From Gemmatimonadales bacterium (lineage in GTDB: Bacteria; Gemmatimonadota; Gemmatimonadetes; Gemmatimonadales; GWC2-71-9): a DNA stretch of 64,000 nt. Where the stretch lies: positions 1,427-65,426 of the forward strand of contig JBQTHV010000014.1 of assembly GCA_052389555.1 (NCBI GenBank), written 5' to 3'. The translations under genes and the position numbers were made by a program. Positions 38,730-49,296 of this stretch are shown piece after piece (position 1 is the stretch's first letter; the number at the start of each line of letters is the position of its first letter). The notes under the pieces are model-generated. The model saw only the letters and a program-made list of their open reading frames with translations, was not told where the DNA came from and ran no database searches.

Positions 38730-39506
38730 TCACTTGAGTTCGCGAATCTTGATGTTTCGGTAGGCGACCCAGTCGCCGTGGTCCTGCAGCCCGATGTGAC
38801 CCTCGGCGGCTTTCCCATATTCGGGCCACTGGGCGAACTTGCTCTCCCTAACCCGCCGCGTCCAATCGGCGCTGCCCAGCTCGTAGGAGGCGATGTGCTG
38901 GCCGTTGAGCCAGTGCTCCACCTGGCTGCCCCGCACCACGATCCGCGCCGTGTTCCATTGGCCCGCGGGCCGGACGAGCCCGCGAGGTGCCGGATACAGG
39001 CCGTAGACCGCGCCCGCCGAGGTGAGCGGGCTGACCCCGTCGCGATGGGCGGCGTCATCGAGCACCTGCATCTCGGGACCGCTGTAGTACATGAACTCGG
39101 AACCGAGGGCGACCCGGTAGAAGATCCCGCTGTTTCCTCCCGGCTTGACCATCCACTCCAGGCTGAGCTCGAAGTCCCGGAAGGGCTCGCGGGTTATGAT
39201 GTCGCCGCCGGGACCCACCCGGGTGAGCCCGCCGTCCACCGCCTGCCATCCGGCCGGCAGCGAGTCGCGGGAGTAACTCCGCCAGCCGGTGGAGGTCCGC
39301 CCGTCGAAGAGCAGCCGCCACCCGGCTCGCTGCTCATCGGGAGTCAGCGCATTGGCTCCGGCTGGTGCGCTTGCCATGGGCACTGCTCCCCCTTCCGGCT
39401 GACTGGGTCGACACCCCACTACCGCCGCCGCAAACCCCACCAGGCCCATAACCCGCCCGATCGCCACCAACCTTCCCCCTTTCCGGTTCCCCCGTTCACC
39501 TTTCAC
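38730..39506 (-). CDS. DUF1080 (3-keto-disaccharide hydrolase) lipoprotein; alternative start 39449
   Basis: GWRLLFDG, GNSGIFY, GPEMQVLD, GHIGLQDHG..V.YRNIKI. Confidence 0.9.
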   Translation of the reverse strand: MKGERGNRKGGRLVAIGRVMGLVGFAAAVVGCRPSQPEGGAVPMASAPAGANALTPDEQRAGWRLLFDGRTSTGWRSYSRDSLPAGWQAVDGGLTRVGPGGDIITREPFRDFELSLEWMVKPGGNSGIFYRVALGSEFMYYSGPEMQVLDDAAHRDGVSPLTSAGAVYGLYPAPRGLVRPAGQWNTARIVVRGSQVEHWLNGQHIASYELGSADWTRRVRESKFAQWPEYGKAAEGHIGLQDHGDWVAYRNIKIRELK

Positions 39507-39543
39507 CTTTCACTTTTCACCTCTCACCTCTCACCTCTCACCT
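39495..39543. repeat. Heptamer array (TTCACCT/CTCACCT)n
   Basis: About 7 units filling the gene junction. Confidence 0.8.
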
Positions 39544-41077
39544 ATACTTCCCACCCTTTCCGGTACTCCCGGGTTAGGTACTGGTTGGCCTCCGGGAGAT
39601 TGGTGACCCGGCCGCTCCGGCCGTCGTAGAGGAGCTGCCGCCCCGGACCGGTGCGGAGCGCCACCAGCCCGAGCAGCATCGTTTCGGTGAGCAGCGCGGC
39701 GTACTCGATGGGCGAGCTGCTGGGGACCTCGCCCTTGGCCGCCTTCACCCAGTTCATCTCGTGGCTCCAGGTGATGCGCGGGAAGGTCTTGGGCGCCTTG
39801 GCCGCCTTCTCCATGAGCGATTCCGGATAGAGCCGCGGGTTGTCCCCGTAGGTGTCGTGCAGCATCACGCCTTTGTCGCCGTAATAAATCACCCCCCCGT
39901 CGCTCTTCAGAATGACATCGGTGGGGAGGACGTCGGGTCGGGGCGGGTAGAGGCCCCCGTCGAACCAGGACATCTTCACCGGCGGCTGCCTGCCTCGCGC
40001 CGGGAACTGATAGTGCACCGTGGTGGCGACGGGATACGAGACCGGCTTGGACCGCCGCCCGCCCGTCTCGGTGGGCGGCACCGGCGTGGTACCCCAAGGC
40101 GTCGAGGTCGCCTCGATGCTGACCGGGTACTCCAGGTCGAGCGCCCAGAAGGGCTGGTCGATGAGGTGCGCCCCCATATCGCCCAGCGCTCCGGTCCCGA
40201 AGTCGAGCCAGCCGCGCCAGTTGAATGGGTGATAGACCGGGTGATACGGAATGTCCTCTGCCACCGGGCCGAGGTAGAGGTCCCACCGCAACCCCGACGG
40301 TTTCTCGAACGGTGCCCCGCCCATCGTCATGGCGATCGCCTCGTTGATACGCCGCTGTCCCCACGAGGCGCTGGGCGGCGCGACGGGAGCGCCCGACCCA
40401 GCGGGCGGCAGCGGACGGGGAACGCCCTGGGGCCAGTAGCCGACCGGCCGGTTGGTCCAGACGTGCACCTCGCGTACCGGACCGATCACGCCGGCCCGGA
40501 TCCACTCGTTGATGAGGAGCGCTCCTTCGCGGGAATGGCCCTGATTGCCCATTTGGGTCGCGAGCTTCAGGTTGCCAATCGCCATTTCGCGGAGCACCCG
40601 GGCCTCGTGCGCCGACCAGGTGAGCGGCTTCTGCACGTACACGTGCTTGCCGAGCTGCATCGCTGCCTTGGCAACCACCGCGTGGGTGTGATCCGGAGTG
40701 GCAATCACCACCCCCTCGATGTCACGCTGCTGCTCGAGCATCTCGCGCCAGTCTTCCCAGCGACGAGCCTTGGCGAACTGCTCCTGGAGCCGGATGCCGT
40801 CGGGGCGCGGCTGGCCATCCCGAGTCTTCTCCCTTCCGGTGAGTGAGCGTTCGACGTACCCGAAGTCCACGTCGCAGACCGCCACGATGGCTTCGCTGCC
40901 GAGCGCCTCCGCGTTACTCATGCCCATGCCGCCCGCCCCGACGATCGCGACATGCAGCGTGTCGCTCGGTGCCTGGAACCCGCGACCGAAGACCCGGCGA
41001 GGGACCACCATGGCGCCCAGCGCCACTTTGCTCGCGCCGGCGACGAAGGAACGCCGGCTGATTCTACGACGCGCCAT
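39542..41077 (-). CDS. Gfo/Idh/MocA oxidoreductase with Tat signal
   Basis: [43 protein letters not shown]. Confidence 0.92.
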   Translation of the reverse strand: MARRRISRRSFVAGASKVALGAMVVPRRVFGRGFQAPSDTLHVAIVGAGGMGMSNAEALGSEAIVAVCDVDFGYVERSLTGREKTRDGQPRPDGIRLQEQFAKARRWEDWREMLEQQRDIEGVVIATPDHTHAVVAKAAMQLGKHVYVQKPLTWSAHEARVLREMAIGNLKLATQMGNQGHSREGALLINEWIRAGVIGPVREVHVWTNRPVGYWPQGVPRPLPPAGSGAPVAPPSASWGQRRINEAIAMTMGGAPFEKPSGLRWDLYLGPVAEDIPYHPVYHPFNWRGWLDFGTGALGDMGAHLIDQPFWALDLEYPVSIEATSTPWGTTPVPPTETGGRRSKPVSYPVATTVHYQFPARGRQPPVKMSWFDGGLYPPRPDVLPTDVILKSDGGVIYYGDKGVMLHDTYGDNPRLYPESLMEKAAKAPKTFPRITWSHEMNWVKAAKGEVPSSSPIEYAALLTETMLLGLVALRTGPGRQLLYDGRSGRVTNLPEANQYLTREYRKGWEV

Positions 41078-41288
41078 GAGCTAGCCTACTGGCTTGGTGA
41101 GGCAGGAAATCTACCGCACCGGCGCAGGGCCGCTACTTCCAGGAATGACCCTGTGAGCAGGTGTGAAACCCATCGGCGTGGATGGTCGCGACACAAGGCG
41201 ACCCGCACGACGGGCAGGCCTTGGGACAACCCATTCAGTGCCCGGTCCAGCTACGGATATCCGGGAGACGTCGGCGAGCCGGCGGGCT

Positions 41289-42299
41289 TCACTCCTTCCG
41301 GGAGCCGCGTGCCGCGTGCCGAGCCACAGTCCGATAGTCGGGCATATACGCCTGGAGCCTGCCAGAAGGTAGCGTGCGCGAGAAGCCGACTGCCAATTGG
41401 TCGCGATAGCGGTCCAGGAAGAAGTCGAACCGGTCCGCCGGGTGGAGATCCATGATCAGCAGATCGGCAGGCACCATGGTGAGCCGGCCGAATCTGAGCG
41501 TGTTTCCACGATAGTACATGTAGTTCACGGCGGCGGAATCGGGAATCGCGAGCGGCGGCGGGACTGGCTGGCCCGGACGCGCGGGCCGAAACACCTGCGC
41601 CAGGGTCGAATCGCCGAGCCGGAAGCCGACGAGCCTCCCCCTAACCCGCGGAGCCGGCAGCAGCTCGGTCGGCTCCAGGATCAGGTCGTTCCCTCGGGCC
41701 CGGATCCCTGGTGGCTTGCTCCAGTCAACCAGCTTCTCGAGGGAAAGTCCCACCAGGTCGAGAAGACCGCCGACCGGGATGCCCAAGGCCCGGATCGAGG
41801 TCGGCCGGAGCAGGAGCTGGCCCCCGCTGGTGAGTTCCACGGTGTTCGCGGTCCGGAACGGAATCCCGTACAGCCGTCCTTTCATGACAATCACCCGCGC
41901 CCCGTTCGCCCCGTTCGCCCCGTTCGCCCTGTCGTCATCCTCATCCCACTCGATGGAGACCTTGAGTCCCCGGAGCGGCGCGCCGCGATAGCCGAATACG
42001 TGTCGATTCAGCAAATCGCTCAGGGTCCGAGTCGAAACGGTGACCTCGGCGGAATCCAGCTCGATCACGAACGATCGCTTGTCGTCGAACCAAGGAGCCG
42101 CTCGTGGCTCGGCCGGAAGCAGCCTGCCCCGAAGGAAGCCGATCTGAAGCACGACCGTGGGATCGAGCCGAAAATCCACTCGCCGCATCTGGGCTTCGAC
42201 CGGACCGGGCTCTTGGGACCGGAGTGGTAGCGGCATGCTGGCCAGAACCACCGTGGTGGTGATCAGGCCTCGCACGATTTCCGGTGCTCGCACTCTCAT
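41289..42299 (-). CDS. Secreted hypothetical protein
   Basis: Long ORF with signal-like N-terminus; in-frame (GCCCCGTTC)3 encodes ANGANGANG. Confidence 0.7.
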   Translation of the reverse strand: MRVRAPEIVRGLITTTVVLASMPLPLRSQEPGPVEAQMRRVDFRLDPTVVLQIGFLRGRLLPAEPRAAPWFDDKRSFVIELDSAEVTVSTRTLSDLLNRHVFGYRGAPLRGLKVSIEWDEDDDRANGANGANGARVIVMKGRLYGIPFRTANTVELTSGGQLLLRPTSIRALGIPVGGLLDLVGLSLEKLVDWSKPPGIRARGNDLILEPTELLPAPRVRGRLVGFRLGDSTLAQVFRPARPGQPVPPPLAIPDSAAVNYMYYRGNTLRFGRLTMVPADLLIMDLHPADRFDFFLDRYRDQLAVGFSRTLPSGRLQAYMPDYRTVARHAARGSRKE

Positions 42300-42428
42300 C
42301 CCTGGCACTCTCCCCGACGCGATTCCACCCTACTGTGGAGACGAAATCGCGCCAATCGCGTTGACCGGCATGCGGTTACGCGGTGTGAGTTCGCGCGCGG
42401 CGGAGCGTCACCCCTGTGGAGGTGCACC

Positions 42429-42950
42429 ATGGCGAAAGCGCGTGATGACAAGCTGCTGGTCGAAGAAGCCCGACGAACCGCCCAGCATCGCGAAGTGAAG
42501 AGCACCATTCAAGAGGAGGTGAACGCGGCCATCGAAGCGAAATCGCGCCCATCCGCCGCTGAGGCGGAGGTCACGAATGTGGCCGCCGAGCTCCGCGAGA
42601 AGGCGTTGCGCGGAGTGGAAACGCAGGAGCGCGAGGTAACCCGCTCACGAGCGCTGGCCCGGGTGAGCCAGGTGATCGACTACTCGTTTACGCTCGTCTA
42701 CGCCGCGCTCGGGATTCGATTGCTGCTGGCCCTGGTCGCCGCGCGGCCCGGGTCCGGATTCGTCCAGTTCATCGAGAGCATCACCGATCCGCTGTACGCC
42801 CCATTCCGGGGCATCCTTCCGAATCTGACCGCGGAAGACGGCTACACGCTGGTGCTGCCGGTACTGTTTGCCATCGCGATGTATGCCGTGCTGCACCTGC
42901 TGATCAAGGGATTCCTCCGGCTCGTGGGATATCGCCGGACCTCATTCTGA
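42429..42950 (+). CDS. YggT family membrane protein
   Basis: IRLLLAL..A...SGFV.FI..ITDPLYAPFRGI; RBS GGAGG. Confidence 0.75.
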   Translation: MAKARDDKLLVEEARRTAQHREVKSTIQEEVNAAIEAKSRPSAAEAEVTNVAAELREKALRGVETQEREVTRSRALARVSQVIDYSFTLVYAALGIRLLLALVAARPGSGFVQFIESITDPLYAPFRGILPNLTAEDGYTLVLPVLFAIAMYAVLHLLIKGFLRLVGYRRTSF

Positions 42951-42960
42951 CCTCCGGGTT

Positions 42961-43272
42961 ATGCGCGGTCTTCGAAGGATCCTATCGCTGGCCGGCTTTG
43001 GCATTCTCGGGAGTTGCGTTCCCGAAGCGCAGCCAGCCGTGGGGGTGGTATACGTCGAACGCAGTCCGCCGCCGCGGCTGGCCGAAGTGGTCGGCATGCC
43101 GCCGCAGCAGGGTGTGACCTGGATGAGCGGGCACTGGCGCTGGAATGGTGCGGAGTTCTACTGGGTGCCGGGGCAATGGGTTGCGGTGAGGCCAGGGTAT
43201 CGCACCTGGGTCCCGGAGCGTTGGATGAAAACCCGCCGCGGTTGGTACTTCATCGAGGGACACTGGCGATGA
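42961..43272 (+). CDS. YXWGXW-repeat lipoprotein
   Basis: LGSC lipobox; W.SGHW.W.G..Y.WVPG.W repeats. Confidence 0.8.
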   Translation: MRGLRRILSLAGFGILGSCVPEAQPAVGVVYVERSPPPRLAEVVGMPPQQGVTWMSGHWRWNGAEFYWVPGQWVAVRPGYRTWVPERWMKTRRGWYFIEGHWR

Positions 43273-43290
43273 CTTATCGGAGGAGGATCT

Positions 43291-43797
43291 ATGCCTGAGA
43301 GACAAACGATGCATCGAGCCCAGACCCAGGCTCGCCGGGGGCGAAGACCCTGGACCCAGGCCGGGGAATTCGTGCGAGAGGAGATGCGCCACATCCGGGC
43401 GGGCAAACACGGGGCTCGCTCGACCAAACAAGCCATCGCGATCGGGCTCTCCAAGGCTCGGCGCGCCGGCGTTCGCCTGCCACCGCCTCGGCGAGGCACC
43501 CAGAGTGAGGAGGTTCGCCGCAAGGCTGTCCGGGAGTTGGCGCGAGGTCCGCGCCGGGGCCGTCCCTCACCGACGCCGCGTCGGGCAATCACCGGCGCGC
43601 TCCGCCGCGAGGGTCGCACCGCAGCCACTCGCCGCGCGTTAGGCCGGCAAGCGCGAACCGCGGCTCGGCGGCGCGGACCTGCCATGCGGTCGCTGGCCGC
43701 TCGCAAGGCCGTACGCACCAAAGGTCGCGCGGGACGCCGCGCGGCGGCCCGGAAAGCAGCGCGGACTCGCGCCCGGCGGCAGCAACGTGAGAGGTGA
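43291..43797 (+). CDS. Highly basic putative DNA-binding protein (DUF6496-like)
   Basis: TQAGEFVREEM..IR.GKHGARS.KQAIAIGLSKARRAGV; Arg/Ala-rich tail; RBS GGAGGAGG. Confidence 0.8.
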   Translation: MPERQTMHRAQTQARRGRRPWTQAGEFVREEMRHIRAGKHGARSTKQAIAIGLSKARRAGVRLPPPRRGTQSEEVRRKAVRELARGPRRGRPSPTPRRAITGALRREGRTAATRRALGRQARTAARRRGPAMRSLAARKAVRTKGRAGRRAAARKAARTRARRQQRER

Positions 43798-43872
43798 GAG
43801 GTGAGCGGTGAGCGGTGATGCGTCATACCTCTTACTTCTCACTTCTAACTTCTTACTTCTTACTTCTCACCT
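43787..43872. repeat. Inverted heptamer arrays (GTGAGAG)n/(CTTCTTA)n at convergent junction
   Basis: Seen directly; imperfectly complementary arms. Confidence 0.75.
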
Positions 43873-45426
43873 TCTACTGGGTTTCCTACCCTCGGCAAGC
43901 GTGCCGAGGAGGTCGACGAGCACATCAGGATCCACGGGCTTTACCAGGTGTGAGTCGAAGCCCGCTTCCCAGGATCGCCGTTTCGCGTCTTCCTGCCCCC
44001 ATCCGGTCACCGCGATGAGCAAGAGATCGCGGCCCCAGGGCTGCTGGCGGACCTGCTGCGCCGTCTCGTAGCCATTGAGCCCCGGCAAACCGATGTCGAG
44101 CAGAATCGCCTGCGGCTCGAACACGGGGCCGGCTTCGATAGCCGCCCGGCTGTCGTAGGCCACCTGGATCGAATGGCCTTGAACTCTGAGCAGCGCGCCA
44201 AGACTATCGGCAGCGTCCCGGTTGTCATCGACGATCAGGATGCGGAGCGGAAACCGCGCGCCGGCCCGTAGGGGTATTGCGACTTGGTCTGGTTGTCCTT
44301 CGGTGCTCTCCGCGGGAACCTGCACTGGCAGGCGAATGGTGAACTCGCTCCCGTGGCCGGGGCCGGCACTCGCGGCCGTGAGGGTGCCGCCGTGCATGTC
44401 GATCAGTCGTTGCGCCAGGGTGAGTCCGATGCCGAGTCCGCCCTTCACGCGATTGATCGGGTGCTCCACTTGCATGAACATCTCGAAGATCCGGGAAACC
44501 ATGTCGCCCGGGATCCCGATCCCGGTATCGCGCACCCGGATGGCCACCTGGTCTCCGTCGCGTTCGGCGGAAAGCCTGATGCGGCCGCTCTCGGGAGTGA
44601 ACTTCGCCGCGTTGTTGAGCAGGTTGCCGACCGCCTGAGCAAGGCGGATGGCATCGGCATGGAGTTGGATGGGTTCGTCGGCTAGCACTTCGAGCTCATG
44701 GTCACTGGCAGCCAGAATCGGCCGAGTGGCTTCCACGGCGCTGCGCAGGATGTCCGCCAGATCCACCGGCTCCTTCCGAAGGTCGAGCTTGTTCGCCGTG
44801 ATCCGGGACATGTCGAGCAGGTCGTCGAGCAGCCGCGTCATCTGGACCAGCTGCCGGTCCATCACCTGGAGCGCAGAGGCGAGATCCGACGAACTGGTCT
44901 CCTGGGCAAGCTGCAGGGTCTCTACCGCTGCCCGAATCGGCGCCAGCGGGTTACGGAGCTCATGCGCCAGAATGGCCAGAAAGCGATCTCTCGCCCGGGC
45001 GGTCATCGCCTCTCCCTGCTTACGGCTGGTAATGTCGCGTTCCACGGCGGCGAACCCCCGCAGCCGGCCTGCGGCGTCGGTGATCGGGGCGATCGAGCGG
45101 GAGATGTCGAGCCGCCGGCCGTCTTTCGTGATGCGGACGGTGTCGTGCGTTTCGATTCGCTCCCCTCGCCCCAGTCGGACTAACTGCTCGGCTTCCTCCT
45201 CCCGCCGTTCTGGTGAAACGATCAGGGCGATCGGAGCCCCGATCGCTTCCTCGGCGGAATACCCGTAGAGCCGCGCCGCGCCGCCGTTCCAGGTCTGGAT
45301 GATCCCACCAGTCGTGACGGAAAGAAAGGCGTCATCGAGGGCATCCAGGATGGCGGCGATGCTCGAGCGAGAGGCATCCGGATCGAGGACCCGAAAGGAT
45401 GCGGCAGGTTGCATCGGTGATGTCAT
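43867..45426 (-). CDS. Hybrid PAS histidine kinase / receiver
   Basis: WN.GA..LYGYS.EE, LAHELRNPL, NLLNNAAKFT, GLGIGL, LLDIGLPG.NGY. Confidence 0.95.
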   Translation of the reverse strand: MTSPMQPAASFRVLDPDASRSSIAAILDALDDAFLSVTTGGIIQTWNGGAARLYGYSAEEAIGAPIALIVSPERREEEAEQLVRLGRGERIETHDTVRITKDGRRLDISRSIAPITDAAGRLRGFAAVERDITSRKQGEAMTARARDRFLAILAHELRNPLAPIRAAVETLQLAQETSSSDLASALQVMDRQLVQMTRLLDDLLDMSRITANKLDLRKEPVDLADILRSAVEATRPILAASDHELEVLADEPIQLHADAIRLAQAVGNLLNNAAKFTPESGRIRLSAERDGDQVAIRVRDTGIGIPGDMVSRIFEMFMQVEHPINRVKGGLGIGLTLAQRLIDMHGGTLTAASAGPGHGSEFTIRLPVQVPAESTEGQPDQVAIPLRAGARFPLRILIVDDNRDAADSLGALLRVQGHSIQVAYDSRAAIEAGPVFEPQAILLDIGLPGLNGYETAQQVRQQPWGRDLLLIAVTGWGQEDAKRRSWEAGFDSHLVKPVDPDVLVDLLGTLAEGRKPSRR

Positions 45427-45613
45427 GTGGTCTCACCGCCCTCCATACCCCAGTATCCGGCCTGCGGCCCCATTCGGCAAGGAGACGTCGCGCCCCGCTC
45501 CGAAGTGACAATCTTGGCCCGCCGTCCTGCCGTCCTGCCGTCCTGCGGTTTCTATGCCTCCGCTCGCATTCTTGAGGTTATCCCATTCCAAGCCGGTCCA
45601 GCATCTAGTTGTC

Positions 45614-47146
45614 ATGCTGGCCCGTCTCCGGTCCGCAGCCACGAAGGGCATCGAGGCCTACCTGGTTGAGGTCGAGGTCGATCTCTCCAACGGGCTTCCT
45701 TCCTTTGCCACCGTGGGACTCCCGCAGGGGGCGGTGAAGGAGAGTCGGGAACGAGTGGGCGCTGCGCTGGTGAACTCGGGGTATGAGTTTCCGCTCCGCC
45801 GCATCACGGTGAATCTGGCCCCCGCCGACGTGCGCAAAGATGGCTCGGCCTTCGACCTGCCCATTGCGCTGGGCGTGCTCGCGGCCAGTGGGCAGGTTCC
45901 CGATCGGTCGCTCGGGGGTGGAGTCTTCCTCGGCGAGTTAGGGCTCCAGGGGGATCTGCGTCCGATTCGCGGGGCGCTCTCGATGGCCCTCGCCGCCCGC
46001 GCCGCCGGAGCCGAACGGATCTTCGTTCCCAACGCCAATGTGGCCGAGGCGGCGGTCGCGGACCGGCTGGAGGTACTCGGCGCGGCATCGCTCCGCGAGG
46101 TGGTGCAACATCTTCGCGGCGCCGCGCCGATCGTCCTAACCCGCCCCGATCCCCGGACCCATCTCGACGGGAACGGCGTGGGTGACGGCGCGGACTTCGC
46201 CGACGTGCGCGGGCAAGCGGCCGCCAAGCGAGCGCTCGAAATCGCCGCCGCCGGCGCGCACAACGTGTTGATGATCGGCCCGCCCGGGGCGGGGAAGACC
46301 ATGCTCGCCCGGCGGCTGCCCTCGATCCTGCCGGCCCTTACGCTCGATGAAGCGATCGAGATCACCCGGATCCACTCCGTGGCCGGCTTGCTTCCTTCCG
46401 GCTCGGCGCTGGTAAGCGCCCGGCCGTTTCGCGGACCGCACCATACAATCAGTGACGCCGGCCTGGTGGGCGGAGGATCGGTTCCCCGCCCGGGGGAAGT
46501 GAGCCTCGCTCATGGTGGCGTTCTGTTTCTGGATGAGTTGCCCGAATTCCACCGCCATGTGCTGGAAGTGCTCCGCCAGCCGCTCGAGGACGGCGTCGTC
46601 ACCTTGAGCCGGGCGGCCGCCCGGCTCACGTTCCCGGCACGATTCACGCTCGTCGCGGCCATGAATCCCTGCCCGTGCGGGAACCTCGGGCATCCGACCC
46701 GGCCCTGCATCTGCCCGCCGGTCCAGGTCGAGCGTTACCGGTCCAGGATTTCGGGGCCCTTGCTGGACCGGATCGACGTCCACTTGCGGGTACCGGCGCT
46801 TCCCTTCGCAGACCTGGTGACCAGCGGAGTCGCGGAGTCGAGCGCCGTCATCCGAGCCCGGGTCGGAGCGGCGCGGGTTAGGCAACGCCGGCGCTTTGCC
46901 AGCCGGGACGAGATCCAGGCCAACGCCCACCTGTCCGCCCGCGACGTGCGCCGCCTCTGTCCCCTGACGCCGGAGCTCGCCGAGCTGCTGCGCACGGCGG
47001 TGGACCGCCTGGGGCTGTCGGCGCGAGCCTGCTACCGGGTGCTCAAGGTCGCGCGAACCATCGCCGACCTCGCCGGGGAGGAGGCCATCACTCCCGCCCA
47101 CGTCAGCGAAGCGCTCCAGTACCGCGCCGAGCGCCGGGACGTATAA
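45614..47146 (+). CDS. comM: YifB/ComM Mg-chelatase-like AAA+ ATPase
   Basis: VGLP...VKESRERV, ITVNLAPAD, GPPGAGKT, PGEVSLAHGGVLFLDE, MNPCPCG, ISGPLLDRID. Confidence 0.93.
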   Translation: MLARLRSAATKGIEAYLVEVEVDLSNGLPSFATVGLPQGAVKESRERVGAALVNSGYEFPLRRITVNLAPADVRKDGSAFDLPIALGVLAASGQVPDRSLGGGVFLGELGLQGDLRPIRGALSMALAARAAGAERIFVPNANVAEAAVADRLEVLGAASLREVVQHLRGAAPIVLTRPDPRTHLDGNGVGDGADFADVRGQAAAKRALEIAAAGAHNVLMIGPPGAGKTMLARRLPSILPALTLDEAIEITRIHSVAGLLPSGSALVSARPFRGPHHTISDAGLVGGGSVPRPGEVSLAHGGVLFLDELPEFHRHVLEVLRQPLEDGVVTLSRAAARLTFPARFTLVAAMNPCPCGNLGHPTRPCICPPVQVERYRSRISGPLLDRIDVHLRVPALPFADLVTSGVAESSAVIRARVGAARVRQRRRFASRDEIQANAHLSARDVRRLCPLTPELAELLRTAVDRLGLSARACYRVLKVARTIADLAGEEAITPAHVSEALQYRAERRDV

Positions 47147-47179
47147 TTGGGGACTTCCCGATCGCTTCGAGGGTTCTTC

Positions 47180-48301
47180 ATGCGCTCCGTTATCGTGCTT
47201 GCTGCGCTGGCTTCCCTGAGCTCGACCTCTACCCCGCTCGACGCCCAGCAAGGGCCGGTCGTCGAGCGGGCCGCTCGCCCCACGGTGCGGTTGGATAGCG
47301 CCCGGGCGGCCCAGCTCTACGTCAGCAATCGTCCCGAGGACCATCCCGCTGCCAACTACGAGGCGGCCACGGCCGGCAAGCGTGCCACCGACAGCATCTA
47401 CGCCGCCCGAAGCGCCGGCGTGATGGAGTTCCGCAAGGTCACCTACCAGAGCTCGACGGATGGTCTCGAGATCCCGGCCTATCTCTTCGCGCCGCTGGCC
47501 AAGCGCGGCGACCGGGGCCATGCCGCAATGGTATGGGTCCACGGAGGGGTGCACGGGAACTGGGGAACCACCATGTATCCCTTCGTGCGCGAAGCGGTCC
47601 AGCGCGGCTACGTGATCATTACGCCGGACTATCGCGGCAGCACGGGGTACGGCCGGGAGTTTCACAACTTGATCGACTACGGCGGCAAAGAGCTGGATGA
47701 CGTGGCGTCGGCGTACGAGTTCCTGAAGACGCTGCCTTACGTGGATCCCGACCGCGTCGGCATCATGGGCTGGAGTCACGGCGGGTACATCACGTCGCTG
47801 ATCCTGTTCCGCGCTCAGCATCCCTTCAAGGGTGGCGCCGCGATCGTCCCGGTGACCAACCTGGTGTTCCGGCTCTCCTACAAGGGCCCGAGCTACCAGC
47901 GTTCCTTCGCCACCCAGGCCGGGATCCAGGGGCTGCCCTTCGAGAAGCGGGCGGAGTACCTCAAGCGGTCACCCCTCTATCACGTCGAGCACCTCAAGGT
48001 CCCGATCCTGGTGCACGTCGCCACCAATGACACCGACGTGGACTACGTGGAGGACCAGCAACTGGTCTGGAAGCTCCAGGCGCTCAAGCCCGACCTCGCC
48101 GAAACCAAGATCTACGTGGACCCGCCGACCTGGGGATCGTCGGGCGGGCATGCGTTCAGCCGGCGAGTCGATCCTAACACGCTGGAGCGCGTGGATTCGC
48201 CCGAGCAGATCGATTCGTGGAACCGGACCTGGGTGTTTTTCGAGTGGATCCTGCGGCCGTACCAGGACCCGTCGAAAGCAGCGGCTTCAGGGGGGCGGTA
48301 A
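47180..48301 (+). CDS. Secreted S9-family peptidase / alpha-beta hydrolase
   Basis: VHGG, PDYRGSTGYG, GWSHGG nucleophile, His in GGHAF. Confidence 0.88.
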   Translation: MRSVIVLAALASLSSTSTPLDAQQGPVVERAARPTVRLDSARAAQLYVSNRPEDHPAANYEAATAGKRATDSIYAARSAGVMEFRKVTYQSSTDGLEIPAYLFAPLAKRGDRGHAAMVWVHGGVHGNWGTTMYPFVREAVQRGYVIITPDYRGSTGYGREFHNLIDYGGKELDDVASAYEFLKTLPYVDPDRVGIMGWSHGGYITSLILFRAQHPFKGGAAIVPVTNLVFRLSYKGPSYQRSFATQAGIQGLPFEKRAEYLKRSPLYHVEHLKVPILVHVATNDTDVDYVEDQQLVWKLQALKPDLAETKIYVDPPTWGSSGGHAFSRRVDPNTLERVDSPEQIDSWNRTWVFFEWILRPYQDPSKAAASGGR

Positions 48302-48306
48302 GACGG

Positions 48307-49281
48307 CTACTGCTCCAACACGAGTGCCGAAATGAGCGGCATCACGATCGAGGCATCGGATTCGATGATGTAACTCGGGGTGTCCACCCCCAGCTTGCCC
48401 CAGGTGATCTTCTCGTTGGGCACCGCGCCGGAGTAGCTCCCGAAGCTGGTGGTCGAATCGCTGATCTGACAGAAATATGCCCACCGCGGAACCTGGGTCC
48501 GGCCCAGGTCCTGGTGGAGCATCGGGACCACGCAAATCGGAAAGTCTCCCGCAATACCGCCCCCGATCTGGAAGAACCCGATCGAATGCTGGGCGCTGGT
48601 CCGCTGGTACCACTCGGCCAGCGCCACCATGTACTCGATTCCGGAGCGCACCGTGTGCACGTTCCTGATGCGGCCTTCGATGCAGTGGCCCGAGTACATG
48701 TTCCCGAGTGTCGAGTCCTCCCAGCCCGGCACGAACATCGGCAGGTCTGCCTCCGCCGCCGCGACCAACCAACTGTCACGCGGGTCGATCTGGTAGCTCT
48801 CCTTGAGCTTCCCGCAGCGCAGCAGCCGGTACACGAATTCGTGAGGAAAGAGCCGCTCCCCTTTCCGCTCGGCCGCCTGCCATTCCTTGAGGACGGCGGC
48901 CTCGATCCGCCGCATGGCTTCCTCTTCGGGAATGCAGGTATCAGTCACCCGATTGAGATGCCGATCGAGCAGCTTCGCTTCGTCCTCCGGGGTGAGATCG
49001 CGATAGCGGGGGACCCGGACGTAATGATCGTGGGCGACCAGATTGAAGACGTCCTCCTCTAGGTTCGCCCCCGTGCAGCTGATGCCGTGCACCTTCTTCC
49101 GCCGGATCAGCTCCGCCAGCGAGAGGCCGAGCTCGGCCGTGCTCATCGCCCCCGCGATGGTGAGGAACATCCGGCCGTCGCGCTCGAGCAGCGCGCGCCA
49201 CCCGTCGGATGCTTCGATGAGGGTGGCGGCGTTGAAATGGCGGAAATGATGGCGCAGGTACTGCGAGACCGGGCTCGCCAT
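48307..49281 (-). CDS. Deoxyhypusine synthase-like protein
   Basis: AGAMSTAE.G, TGANLEED, PGWEDST, GGGIAGD, GSYSGA.PNEKITWGK. Confidence 0.92.
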   Translation of the reverse strand: MASPVSQYLRHHFRHFNAATLIEASDGWRALLERDGRMFLTIAGAMSTAELGLSLAELIRRKKVHGISCTGANLEEDVFNLVAHDHYVRVPRYRDLTPEDEAKLLDRHLNRVTDTCIPEEEAMRRIEAAVLKEWQAAERKGERLFPHEFVYRLLRCGKLKESYQIDPRDSWLVAAAEADLPMFVPGWEDSTLGNMYSGHCIEGRIRNVHTVRSGIEYMVALAEWYQRTSAQHSIGFFQIGGGIAGDFPICVVPMLHQDLGRTQVPRWAYFCQISDSTTSFGSYSGAVPNEKITWGKLGVDTPSYIIESDASIVMPLISALVLEQ

Positions 49282-49296
49282 GGCTGGAGGATAACC